NCBI GenBank assembly: GCA_020137815.1 | Contig: CM035352.1 | Location: 1,240,001 to 1,304,000 of the forward strand | Length of the DNA: 64,000 nt | From: Hormiphora californensis | Lineage: Eukaryota; Animalia; Ctenophora | Direction: 5' to 3' | Part shown: positions 1 to 10,988 of the stretch, piece after piece | Layout: each line of letters begins with the position of its first letter | How positions within the stretch are numbered: the first letter of the stretch is position 1 | Translations under genes and position numbers: made by a program | Notes under the pieces: model-generated | Database searches by the model: none | Told to the model about the DNA's origin: nothing | Seen by the model: only the letters and a program-made list of their open reading frames with translations

Positions 1-2174
1 CTCCTTGAAATCTAACAAGGCTGCCCTCTCCTTTAGCTTTAAACTGAAATCCATATCAGAGACGTTCCTCCCCGCGTCATATCTTTCACCCAGATACGCT
101 CTTACCCTCCCATCCCATAGCTTATCCATCTGAAGATTAGTCCGGTTATAAGTATCTTACTCTGATTTAGAAACATGAAACGTTTAACTAAATTACCACT
201 ATTTAGTAATAAACTATCGCCTTACTGGGAAGATCGAGTCTTTCTCATTAGGTGCTGCCCAAAATTTGATGATTGATTCCATGAAATCCCTTTCCTTAAA
301 CTTCAACAGTGATAAGTCAAGGGAGGGAAGTACTTTCTTTAGGTGATCCTCATCGGTCAGTAAACTGAAAATGAAGTTGTTTGGTACAAGAATTCTTGCA
401 TTATATTATGTATTATTAACGAGCTGATGATCTATTAATTTAGTGAATCGATTCTTTTTTGAAAACTTGCTCTTTTTCTTTGTTTTCATAACTAGCGCAC
501 CCATTGGGTGCGCCTCAAGTAAGAGCTTTTTGATTACCCACCCGGCTTCGCCGGGTGGTTCTTTTCGTCCTTTCAAGGTCAATAACACGGTTGCCATGGC
601 AACTGAATTGGTGACTATGGGGACTGGCCTGTTAAAATTCATTCAAAATATTAATAAACCTCCACTGGAACTTCCAAAAGTGTGAGCAACAGCTTTACAG
701 CTTTCGTCATATGAAGTGTTTTATAAAGGAGCAGCATGTCGCTTAGATACCGCCTAACGAACGACTTCGACTTCGACGCGACATCTTCAAATTATAATAG
801 AGATGCGGTCTTTCCCCGCTACAAATGGATGTAAAGTTGATGACTAGGCTTCAAAACTGGATTTCCTGATGAATTGCATAAACGAAGCATGAGATGAAAA
901 GAGCAGCCTGTTGCTATGTGTATCGCGTAACGGACACTTTTTAGCCCCTAACATATACCCTGAATGATATTAGGTAGTGAATAAATCTTTATTTCTCCTT
1001 CCAGCCGGAAGAATTGATAGACGGGTATTTTATTTTAATTTAATAAATTATGAGTTGCAAAAGGTGCAAAACTAGAGGAATAGTAATCTAGCCGAAGGGG
1101 GGCACTCAACAAGGAAATATGGTGTCTGAGACACTGTCTAGTTCACTACGAGAAAGTGCAAGGAAGGTAAATAGACTACTAACTTTTGATACTTTTGATA
1201 CCTTGGATAAGTGTCCTGGCGCCAACAATCACAGGGTATAAATAGAGACTCTCAGCACAACAGAATTACTTTGACTGACTGCAAGTTATTAAGATGATGA
1301 TGTTTACAGCGGCCCTCCTGTTTACTGGGCTTCTCGGCCATACTACTGGATTTACTACTTATGGACCTACTACCAGTACTTCCATGCCGGACCAAATAAA
1401 TAGGGACCATATCCGGCCGGTATGTTTGCCAAAAGTACTCCCAATGGCGCCTCCACGCGTAATTTGTTTGGGTTGTTAGCACTTTGCAAGCTGCGGCGCA
1501 GGTATACATTATACCATCGCGGGACAAAAGTACCCGTAATTTTTGTAAGTTGCTCTTTCACATTTCTTCCCTTGCAGATGCTGACCATAACCGTAGGTGT
1601 GCAAACTGAGGGTTACCACGGGTACAGTGGAACAGATAACAATATCAGAATAACCATATATGGAGCGAACAATGATGTCAGCTTTTCCCTTGGAAGCTCC
1701 TTCCCCAAGTCATCCTTCAAAAGGGTACACAATCAATAGCAAACCTCTATTTTAAGTAGCTACGATTATGAGATCATTATATATTATTCAACCTCCTCAG
1801 GTATTATGACGTCATTTTATTCAACCTCCTCAGGTACACTACAGGACGAACGTGGAGCTGGGAAACATCCAATGTATTGAACTCGAAACTGATGGCACGG
1901 ACTGGTGGTGGCCAAGGCAAATCACACTCCAGATCGATCATGGCAAGCCTATGTACTTCTACAACACCCACAATCAAAAACTATCAAAAGATGACTATGG
2001 TGAGATAAATTAACATTATATAATCACTAACTGATTAATATCATCGCGCGCGAGAGACGAGAGAGCGAGAGAGCGAGAGCGAAGGAGGAGAGAAGAGAAG
2101 AGATCCTCTCTCTCTCTCTCTCTCTCTCTGCATGAGAGAGAATCTCTCTCTCTCTCTCTATCTCTCTCTCTCCT

Positions 2175-2251
<77 letters not shown>

Positions 2252-3792
2252 GCAGATTCAGTTCCCTCAATGCGGATGTGTACGCAGGGAATGACGACCT
2301 GCTCCATCACCGCTGTGACTGACTCTCAAGAATCGTGGGCTGGCTCAGATGATATTGTAGTCATGGCAACTATCGAGGGGGAAAAGGGGCACTACTAAGA
2401 CGGGAATCCTAGATAGCAGTCAATTCAACCACCGGGTAATTATATCAGATTAAAATCTTAAAATCAGCAGGCTTGAGCAGGGTCCTGTGTATTTCCTTTC
2501 TGCTATCATACCTAATAGCCAATGCTCTGACCACGGTTCTCACGTGCGTTTGAAGAAATGAGAATAAAGTTTAGGGCCAGGCCAATACTCATCAGCAATT
2601 CAAATTTACAATTCTAGGTGCAAACTCCCAATTATACCGACCCCACTATTTCAGGGACAGATAGGGAACTGGGTTTTCCCAAATTTGAGAAACGTTGGAA
2701 AGATCAGGTGCGTTGCCGTTAATGTACTGGTTGGTGGAGATGCATGGTTATTCGACACCATGACTGTAACGTGTGGAAGACATTCCAAGACGTTCACAAA
2801 CTCGGACAATATATATCTGGAAGATGGCAGTTATTCAATCGTGCGATTGTGGGATTAATGTGTGTTTCAAGAAATGAGATGTAGTCGATGATAATAAGTA
2901 GATGATAATAAGTAGATGTATAAATAGATGATAACACATAAGTAAATTAAAAAACATTTCACCAAAATCAGTTTGTTTGTTGTTCCAACACTACGCTGAA
3001 TCTCCCTGCTGTGTGAAGCTGTGAAGAAAGGAAATCATTGCTAGATTCACTGTGGGAGCAGGCGGGAGATAAAATAAAATGAATTGTCTCAAATACCGTC
3101 CTCTACGCACCGCCGCACCGGTGCAGCTACGTGAGGCCGCGTAGCAGCGTGCGTGATGTACAGTCAGTACCTGACAAGTCATGAACTGTCTGGCGTCGCC
3201 GAGCCGGTATGAGCGCACTGTTTTGAGAATCAAAACAAGGTCTCGCAGCGCCAGACAGGTCATGAACATTGCCCATTGCCCGCAGCAGTCCCGTTAAACA
3301 CCACCGGTCGGTGGCAAGCCCCCAAAACATACTTGATAAAGTTGGCAGCGTTGTTGCGGACAAATTTCATGGAGGCACCCCGTACCAGACTGTTTCCATA
3401 AAGGTCCAAATACAGCTCAGTCTTCTCCTGGAGGCCCATCACCCTCGGGTCTTGTAGTACAACCGATAGAAGGAGGATGTGCCGACAGTACTGTTCAAGA
3501 TTGGTGTCTATCACAAATAACTCCACATCTCGGCCACTGCACATCTACATAGGATGGTATTTCGGGTCAAGACTCAAGTAGTAATAATAGTAGTGTTCAA
3601 AGTTCGCACTGCTAGGATGAAGTTCTTTCACGATATCTAACTTACAATTTCGAGTGCGTGTCTGAGATCAGAAGCACCGATAGTCAGAATTCTCAGTGGT
3701 CCTGATTTGCTGTTTCTGCAGTAGGTCGTTAGGTCCTGAGAGGGCGTCAATCCCCACCAGGCAACCTCACCAACCCCTTCTAGTAGTGACAT
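1..3792 (-). CDS. DNAAF3: Dynein axonemal assembly factor 3 (PF22), 5' part; exons 3792-3646, 3544-3333, 364-226, 129-<1; continues left of the window
   Basis: Manual splicing at GT-AG sites with consistent phases gives MSLLEGVGEVAWWGLTPSQDL..RILTIGASDLRHALEI|MCSGRDVELFVIDTNLEQYCRHILLL..MGLQEKTELYLDLYGNSLVR..|LLTDEDHLKKVLPSLDLSLLKFKERDFMESIIKFW..|MDKLWDGRVRAYLGERYDAGRNVSDMDFSLKL. This matches the DNAAF3 motifs WWGLSP, MGLQE..E.YGN.L, LKF.ERD and LWD.R.R.YLG.RYD. Confidence 0.92.
590..603. promoter_or_regulatory. Perfect palindromic RFX X-box in DNAAF3 intron 2
   Basis: GTTGCCATGGCAAC fits the consensus GTNRCC-N2-RGYAAC and lies in a motile-cilia gene; function is inferred. Confidence 0.55.
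1237..1243 (+). promoter_or_regulatory. TATA box of the nested PLAT gene
   Basis: GGGTATAAATAG about 55 nt upstream of ATG 1294. Confidence 0.5.
1294..2858 (+). CDS. Secreted protein with two PLAT/LH2 domains, nested antisense in DNAAF3 intron 2; exons ~1294-1419, 1578-1724, 1834-2000, 2256-2435, 2655-2858
   Basis: Signal peptide MMMFTAALLFTGLLGHTTG. PLAT1: ITVGVQTEGYHGYSGTDNNIRITIYG..F|..LGNIQCIELETDGTDWWWPRQITL. PLAT2: SITAVTDSQESWAGSDDIVVMATIEGEKG..|..NVGKIRCVAVNVLVGGDAWLFDTMTV..*. One extra G near 2388 must be removed to keep frame. Confidence 0.75.
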
Positions 3793-4214
3793 ACCTACAA
3801 ACTGTATCACAATGTCAAAATGTTATAAAACAGAAAGGTGTGGCGGTGTGCGGACTCGACTAGTGCTAAAATCATTCGCAGCAAACTCTAGATTTCGGCC
3901 GTTAGGCTGGAAACGAGAGTTTGCTGTGCCTCTTTACTTATTTAGAAGTGATAGGGCCGATATTTGGGTTCGAGATTAGGTGTTAGGTTTAGGGTTAGAT
4001 ATAGACTAGAGTTCGCCTGGGGTTTAGAATTTAGATATATAGATTCCGTTAGCCTTAGAGTCCGCCCACCATAACGGCAAAACAGAACATAGCTATAACA
4101 GTAAAACAGGGACTTCAAAGTTCAAGTCGTTAAAGTGTATGTCAAACATAATAGGTCAACTTTCAAACATATCATAATAGTCACAATTCAGGACAATTTG
4201 AACATGGAGGGTCT

Positions 4215-6600
4215 CTAAACCTTTGAGTACAATTTGAACATTGGCCGTGTCTCTTTGTTTGCCTCTAAACTCTGAACAGTCTTCTTTATTGCAATTGTCA
4301 TTTCTGTAGGAGCACTTTGGACGACTGCCAAGATTTTCAAACACTTCTTAAACTCCACCAAAGCTTCCTTCGTCTTTTCTATTAGCAGGAACACAGACCC
4401 AAGAAGTTTGTGATGTGTTGCCAATTGCTTACTATATTCCCCAAATTTTAGCACTTTAGCCTCCTTTGTAGCACGTAGCTCGTCTATAGCTTCATCGTAC
4501 TGCTCCTATTATAAAGGGTGAGGTTGGGTCAGCTGTTTGGAAATTAAGTGCCAAGTAAGGGCCGTGATACAAAACTAGCTGCTAAGGTAGCATGGTGCAC
4601 AAGGAAGTGATAACTCCTTGGTATCTCCTTCTGGTGCTGATACACACTCAGTAGTGAATGTACAACAGTTAAATGGGGAATTCTCACATACACACACGGG
4701 CAGATCTCGGTTAAGGAGAGATTAATTGATTATTCTGAATCAATAAAGAGATCTGAGCAAGAAGAAATAGGGAAGAAAATCGAAAAATACTGGGTTTGAC
4801 CGGGAATTGAACCAGGGACCTCCAGAGAGACATGCTCGGAGCTATACCACTAAGCTATACCAAACCCCTATTTAATTCTTGCTCAGATTTCTTTAGTCTT
4901 TATTCAGCACATGTTACTTGGTAAGTTATCCCTCCCTTGCCGGAGCGTGCCAAACGAAGGCCGTGAAGCCTAAACAGAGTGTGAGGTGTATTCGATACCA
5001 AGGCAGTACTGACCTGCTTTATGAGAGCATTAATCAGCAAATCATATGTTTCAATGGTGACATTGTGCAGACCAGTAAACTGAGTGGTGTAGAGAGCTAT
5101 CGCCTCCCGCAGTAGACCTAGCCCCTCCTCTATACAGCCGTGACCTGTACTGTCCAGGTATATCCCGGCAAGGAACCTGCAGTGAAAGTAAACAGTCAGA
5201 CTTTACCGGACCCCGATTTACTGGAACCCCGATTTGGGGAACTAATAATGTATTGCTAAATTGCTTCTAGACATTCTACAAGTCAAGTAGATGTCAGCAA
5301 CGTGACTATTGGCTGGTTTACCTCGAAGCATCAGCCTGTAGTGCAACATCACTAGAACCTTCCGCTATTCTTTGTGCTGCTCGGGCCGATTTCAGTGCAG
5401 CACCCGGATCACTGGATGTTGATGTGTTTTTGTGTGTGTTCGCGATCATGTGATGTAGGTATACTGCCTCTAACCCTGCACACCTCTCAAGGGCAGGGGG
5501 TAGGAAGGTAAGGGGTGAGGTACATGCCGCACTCAGCACGTTAATCTTTGTAGCTATCGAACCTACAGGAAATGGAGATGTTAGAACGATTGTGTATCTG
5601 TACCCGTTGCAACAACACTCAACAACTGTATGAACAACTGTAACAATAACTGTAACAATAACTGTAGCTTCTATAACTGTGGTTAACATGGTTATAGTGA
5701 GTCACACACCTGTAATTGTGTCGTTTAGAAATGAGAGTTCCTGGAGACAGTTCCTTGCAGCAGTTGCAGCCTCCCCTGCATCGGCTGTCTTCCCAAGCTT
5801 TAGACGGCAATGACCAAGGAGGTAGTACGCAAATGTCTGGAAATATTATTTATTAGTATGCCGTTAATTACTTGAGAGGGGTCGCCAGACTAGAAAACGC
5901 CATGTTACTGTCCTATACTCACCCCCCCCCTCCAAACGTGTTACTCACGAGGATTGTAAGTTGGGCTTTCACTTGTAGACACATTTTCAGCGTGCAGTAC
6001 AGCCTCCCCCGAGTGGTATTCCCCTTGTTTTAAATATCCCTTTTTAGTAACATATGCTTCCGCCACTGGAGGGGGTGAATTCGTCAGACAACTTACTTTT
6101 GTGTGACGATTGTGATCGGTTTGACCCTTACTACCCAATAGTACTCTGTCAGAGAATTGGCCTGAGCGCACGAAAACTGTGGTCAGAGCATTGGCCTGAA
6201 CGTGCGAGAACTGTGGTCAGAGCATTGGCCTGACAAGTAGTACTAGGTTCTGGGACACCGGCCAGTACCCATGCCTCCCGAAAGAATGCTATACTCACAT
6301 GTTAGATGTGCAGCAGCTAATGGTAGTGGCTCTTTTTCCACCTGTAGTTTAGAATATGCCACTAACTTGATTAGCGATTTGAACAGCGCCTCCTCGTCTT
6401 GTCCATCTTGTTCAATTGTCTGTGGGGGAAAATATACAGCGATAAAGTTGCCATTGTGCTGCAGAAGTTGCATTAATTTTAATTTTTTAACTTACATGAG
6501 AGTAGATTTTTAGGATGGAGCTGAAAACTTTCCGGCGGTTTTTAACCTCGTATGAGGGTTCCAGTTGTCTGAAAACGCCACTGCTGTGAAAAACATTCAT
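4215..6600 (-). CDS. TTC23: Tetratricopeptide-repeat protein, TTC23-like (multi-exon)
   Basis: Exons read MNVFHSSG..KIYSH|TIEQDGQDEEALFKSLIKLVAYSKLQ..LAAAHLT|VAEAYVTKKGYLKQGEYH..|LLREAIALYTTQFTGLHNVTIETYDLLINALIKQ|EQYDEAIDELRATKEAKVLKFGEYSKQLATHHKLLGSVFL..KEALVEFKKCLKI..*. These resemble the TTC23 N-terminal (LAEAH..LA..Y...KG) and C-terminal (KV..FG..S..A..Y.LLG..KKCL.I) motifs. Confidence 0.65.
4735..4907 (-). mobile_element. tRNA-like Pol III cassette (4867-4791) enclosed by ~40-bp imperfect inverted repeats, in a TTC23-like intron
   Basis: Minus strand GGTTTGG-TATA-GCTTAGTGGTATAGC-T-CCGAG-CATGTCT-CTCTG-GAGGTC-CCTGG-TTCAATT-CCCGG-TCAAACC has A and B boxes and an imperfect cloverleaf, followed by TTTTT. 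Flanks 4735-4772 and 4866-4907 are inverted copies of each other. Confidence 0.7.
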
Positions 6601-6875
6601 TCTCTGACTGGGATTAGCATAGGTATTGAATAGTGAGACAAAGCGCCAAAGTATGGCTGATTGAGAAGTAGGACACACTATTATATGTGTAACATAAACC
6701 CAAGACCCCCCTATCTGTTACAACAGAGCCTTATCTCTTGCAATATTTCTTGTTGCTGCCTCTTTGCTTTTACTTTTTGGGGGAGGGGGAGAGTGTGTGA
6801 TAGATTTGTTCTAACATTTGCTATATACTTTGCTTTGCTTTACATTCGCTAATAATTCCGACACACTTGTTACAG

Positions 6876-8250
6876 ATGTCTGATAGTGATCGACGCCAAC
6901 TATGCCCGGGTTTGGAGTTCTTCAATATCCCTGTGTTGGACACCTTTAAGCTGTACCTCCAATCAACCAATGAGATGAATGTCTCTCCACTTGTACTAGC
7001 TCAAGCAAGTCCGGAGTTGTTTCGCGTGATGAAGACACTAAAAAAAGAGGAAGCTGGTTTGGACCTTTCAGACTACCAAGATGAGGCAGTTCGATCAATG
7101 GTCAAAGCACTGTACTCGGGGAAGGAACCAGTTATACAGTTTGATTACTTTCGAGATATCCTTAAGCTGGCTATACACTGGAAGATCGAATGGGCTACTG
7201 ATATGTGTTACAGTTGGTTCCGTAAGCATGTCGATTCCATGACAGATGTCCTTCAAGCCGGGCCTTTACTAAAAGAAGCCTGTTTTGTCTGGGAACGGTT
7301 TTCCAACATGGACCCAATTAATATTCTAACTCGGCGCATTTGTTACGATCTTGAAGGCAGGTTCACGTTGACCGAAATGCTTTGTGAGAGGTATCGGAGT
7401 CTATCAAAAATTGAAATAAAGATTTTGCTGGTGTGTTCCCGGATGTGATAGTGAACACAGCTGTTACCTTCTTGAAGCTCTCTTTTCGAAATTGAACTCG
7501 GAAATCACAGCAGGTGGATTTGCCCTGTGTAGCAACGGAAAGTATCTACTCGAAAACTCGTGCCTGGATGCCCTACCACCAGAGAAAATGGGCATTTTGT
7601 ACAGACGTCTTGGATCGCTCCTCGATAATCATAGGCTTCTGAATCAAGATGACCTTCTCTGGTTACTAGACTTCAGGAAACATTGTTTGGAGGAAAATGA
7701 TCACTCCTGCAAATTTGACTACTCTAAGTTCTACAATTTTGATCAAAGCATTTCTGAAGAGGACAAGTTTGAATGGTTACTCAGCAACAATGATAAATTC
7801 TCAGTCCTGTCGCATTTCCTCTTTAATTTGTATGCTTGTGTTGATTTGGGCAAGGTACAAGATTTAGTTAAACGTATTGTGGAAATAAAGAAGGCACGGA
7901 GCTGGAATGGTGTACCATCATCGGTGTTCCCAATGTTCAACAACCTTGTGGGCTCTCAGGAGTTGTTTAGTGAGGAAGGCTGGCAGAAATTCGGCAACGG
8001 AAACTCATCAGTAGTGTTTTTTACAGATAAAACATGGCCGACATGTTGGAGAGACGACTATGGCTGCACATTCGAAGTAGCAGATGTTAAGTTCAAAAAA
8101 GTTCGTCGCCATGGAATTGCTACAAAAGGAACTCTTCGGGGGTTAGAAAGAGAAGGCCATTTTCACGAGAAGCGCTATAAAAACAGACATATTTTGTTTG
8201 AAAGACTACAAGGTAGTGAAAATTTTTCTGTTTGGATTGAAAACATCTAA
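6876..8250 (+). CDS. BTB/POZ-domain protein, apparently single-exon, with one frameshift
   Basis: FKLYLQ..VSPLVLAQASPELFRVM..LDLSDYQDEAVRSMVKALYSG..DILKLAIHWKIEWATDMC is a BTB pattern. Deleting one C in TTCCCGG (~7438) joins ORF 6867-7448 in frame to ORF 7492-8250. Confidence 0.75.
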
Positions 8251-8813
8251 ATGAACGGTACATGTATTTAAGTGTACAGTTACAATCCTAACTCAACAGA
8301 CGGACGAAACTAGCTGGGATTTTTCGTTGTAGCGTACACACTTTACAGTTTAAATGCACTTTTTTGCTCAGTTCTAATACAAATATGGAATTTTGATTCA
8401 CCCATCTGATATATTTTGATTGTTCGTAATGTATAAGTTTTGTTTTCTAAAAACAATGTCTAATTTCTGTTGTGTTTTTAATTTTATCAACAGAAGAAGT
8501 TTTTGCATTTCTCTGTGGTGGTACTCTGTCTTCAGCTAGCGTTGACACACTGTACGCTATGATAGTGCACAACGTTTCAGGTTTGATGAGTAGTAATTCA
8601 TGACATTTAATATAGTTTTTATATATAGTGTTTAAAATAAATGCCAAATGGTTTGCTACTGATTCAATCAGATCGATACTACACCATCGTTTATCTCTTT
8701 AACCGTCATATTGGCTGGCCGCATGATGATAAAGCAGCGTCACCCAAAGTGTGTGCGTCTTGGACGTCGTGGGCGGTCACTTGCACTGTTAATCACAATT
8801 GACGCACGGCGAT

Positions 8814-8872
8814 TACTTTATTTCCAAGCCGACTCCGGTTCGCCGAACCGGAGTCGGCTTGGAAATAAAGTA
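8814..8872. mobile_element. 59-bp perfect palindrome bounded by TA (minimal Tc1/mariner-type MITE)
   Basis: TACTTTATTTCCAAGCCGACTCCGGTTCG-C-CGAACCGGAGTCGGCTTGGAAATAAAGTA. Confidence 0.6.
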
Positions 8873-8977
8873 TAAACAATTGGCATACGCTACAGACAAC
8901 ATGGGATAATGCAGCGCTTTTCAATTGGCCTTCATTGTAGTCCCCCTACCTCACTAACGCATGCCAATCTTTTCAAA

Positions 8978-9129
8978 ATGAGGCCCCTCGGAAATGTTCA
9001 AGTCATGCACAATCAAGTCACGCCCACCAATCACAGCGCAGAACGCGCGAAGCACTCCGCGCGTTCTGAGCTGTGATTGGTGGGCGTGACTTGATTGTGC
9101 ATGACTTGAACATTTCCGAGGGGCCTCAT
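8978..9129. mobile_element. 152-bp foldback MITE
   Basis: Two ~72-bp arms (ATGAGGCCCCTCGGAAATG.. and ..CATTTCCGAGGGGCCTCAT) with one mismatch around a short loop; each arm carries CCAAT and CACGCCC motifs. Confidence 0.75.
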
Positions 9130-9554
9130 GGATTTGGGAAATCGAGCTTTTTGTGAATTTTTAGTTTTTTCAAAGTCTAAAAATGTACAAATTTTGGTGA
9201 AGCTGAAGTAAATGAAAAACGCGCGCAGCTGCGCGACGTCATCTCATTATTTGCGCGTTACACGTAACGGGCGCCGCGCATCTCTTATTTTATTTACCAG
9301 AGCCGAGAAAAAACGCAAAAAAAGAAAGAGAAAAAAGAGGAAAAAAAACGAAAAAAAGAGAAAGAAAAAAGAAAAGCATGCCGTTTTGTTGAAAAGCGCT
9401 TCCTTATCCCGTGCTGCTATCGGGGGCCAGCAACGTTTGCCAAGCCGTTTTGTTTTGAAAAGCGTTTCGTTGCACTGCGTTGTGCTGCGTAACGTAAAAC
9501 TATTTATTGAGTTTTAGGATGGCGACCCACTAGCCGCCCCTAAGGGCAGAAACC

Positions 9555-10988
9555 ATGACTAAAACGAAAAAGAAGAACGGGGAGGATAACCCCGATATGA
9601 AAACTGTTCGAGACACCCACGATGGATTTCTGGCGTTGAAAGCCGCAGTTGAACAGAAAGGGTTAATGACTTATGTCACCAAGGGATCACCAAATCCCCC
9701 TTCTTCCAAGCCCAGCCGTACTGATATACTACAGTTATTGAGGAGTGCGTACTGTCTCACGCTTGAACTTTTGGACGATCTACATGAGCAGGCATCTAAT
9801 GCCCCGTCAACCATCAATGGAGAGTATACTGTAACATGCCGAAATAGTGACTGTTCTGCCGTTCTAGATGATGATAAAACCTGTTTGCTGATAAACGAAT
9901 ACGAGGGTTTAGCATGGTTTTGTCCCAGCTGTAGGGACGATGAACTGAACTGTACTATTAAGAGTATGAGCAACGAACCGTCTGTACTTACTCAGAGGGT
10001 ACTAGAAGACCGCTTAGACAATTTTGAACATGCGATAGACACTAAAGTATCGTCTTTCTTGGAGGAGATGAGTAAATCCATTAACCAGAGCTACGCAACA
10101 GCTCTCGGTTCACAAGCCATTGTCAGGGCCAAATCAAGTGTTGATGAGTGTGGTGATTCACAGAGAGTTGTAAATGTTCAGAGAGAAGTTTTTAAGGGCA
10201 CAAATAACAGTTTTAAGAACTCTTCTCATGGTGCAAACCGATCTAATTTGTGTGATGCTAAGAGAACAGTTATAGTAAGAGGAGTCACAGATTATGAAAA
10301 GTTCATTAAGCAGGGATATTTAACTTCGAAAGAATTTCACAAATACTACCCTAACATTGTAATCTCCCAGGTCAAGCCGACAAGGCGGGGTTATCTTCTA
10401 TTGGAGATGACTTCAAGTGAAGATGCAGAAACTGTCGTTCGTGATTGGAAGCCTAACTTCTTTGCTAGCGATGATAAATCAACACGTGCATCCATTCTGT
10501 CTGAGGGAGGTCACAAGTGCGTAGCTGAGAATGTGGACCCTTCAGTTTTGGAAGCTGAAATCTCAGAAAGTCTGGAGGTCAAACTGGGTGTCAAGCCCAC
10601 CCATGTACGGAGAATGCTCGGTAGAAGTCGCACACCTACATCTTCAGTAATGATAATCTTTGAAACTGAACAAGGACGAGATGCTGCTATAAGTTCTGGA
10701 CTCCGATTAGATTACCAATCATGTCGGATAAGGCAATACGTTGATACGAGATCTCCGAAAAGCAACCAGTGCTATAACTGCTTCCAGTTTGGTCACCCAG
10801 CCTGCTGGTGTAGACAGAAACGTTGTTGTCCTCATTGCTCTGAGGATCACAAACCTGTGGATTGTCCTGTTATATCAACTGGGGATTCATCTCGTCTAAA
10901 GTGCTCAAACTGTGTTAACAGTAGGGACCGCAACCATTCCGCCACATCAATGAACTGCCCTATTCTCTCAAAAATGCACTATGGTTAG
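9555..10988 (+). CDS. LINE ORF1, gag-like protein with a degenerate PHD-like finger and C-terminal CCHC knuckles
   Basis: CRNSDC..C..WFCPSC; knuckles CYNCFQFGHPACWC, CPHCSEDHKPVDC and CSNCVNSRDRNHSATSMNC. Confidence 0.9.
   Translation: MTKTKKKNGEDNPDMKTVRDTHDGFLALKAAVEQKGLMTYVTKGSPNPPSSKPSRTDILQLLRSAYCLTLELLDDLHEQASNAPSTINGEYTVTCRNSDCSAVLDDDKTCLLINEYEGLAWFCPSCRDDELNCTIKSMSNEPSVLTQRVLEDRLDNFEHAIDTKVSSFLEEMSKSINQSYATALGSQAIVRAKSSVDECGDSQRVVNVQREVFKGTNNSFKNSSHGANRSNLCDAKRTVIVRGVTDYEKFIKQGYLTSKEFHKYYPNIVISQVKPTRRGYLLLEMTSSEDAETVVRDWKPNFFASDDKSTRASILSEGGHKCVAENVDPSVLEAEISESLEVKLGVKPTHVRRMLGRSRTPTSSVMIIFETEQGRDAAISSGLRLDYQSCRIRQYVDTRSPKSNQCYNCFQFGHPACWCRQKRCCPHCSEDHKPVDCPVISTGDSSRLKCSNCVNSRDRNHSATSMNCPILSKMHYG

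Noticed and set aside
3960-4060. Interstitial telomere repeat
   Set aside because: Only one exact TTAGGG among degenerate TTAGR words.
4791-4867. Functional tRNA-Thr(TGT)
   Set aside because: Two extra nt after the acceptor stem, mismatches in the D, anticodon and T stems, and a non-canonical anticodon loop; treated as tRNA-like.
9212-9517. 101-aa Lys-rich ORF before LINE ORF1
   Set aside because: Product of an A-rich tract that crosses the TSD boundary.
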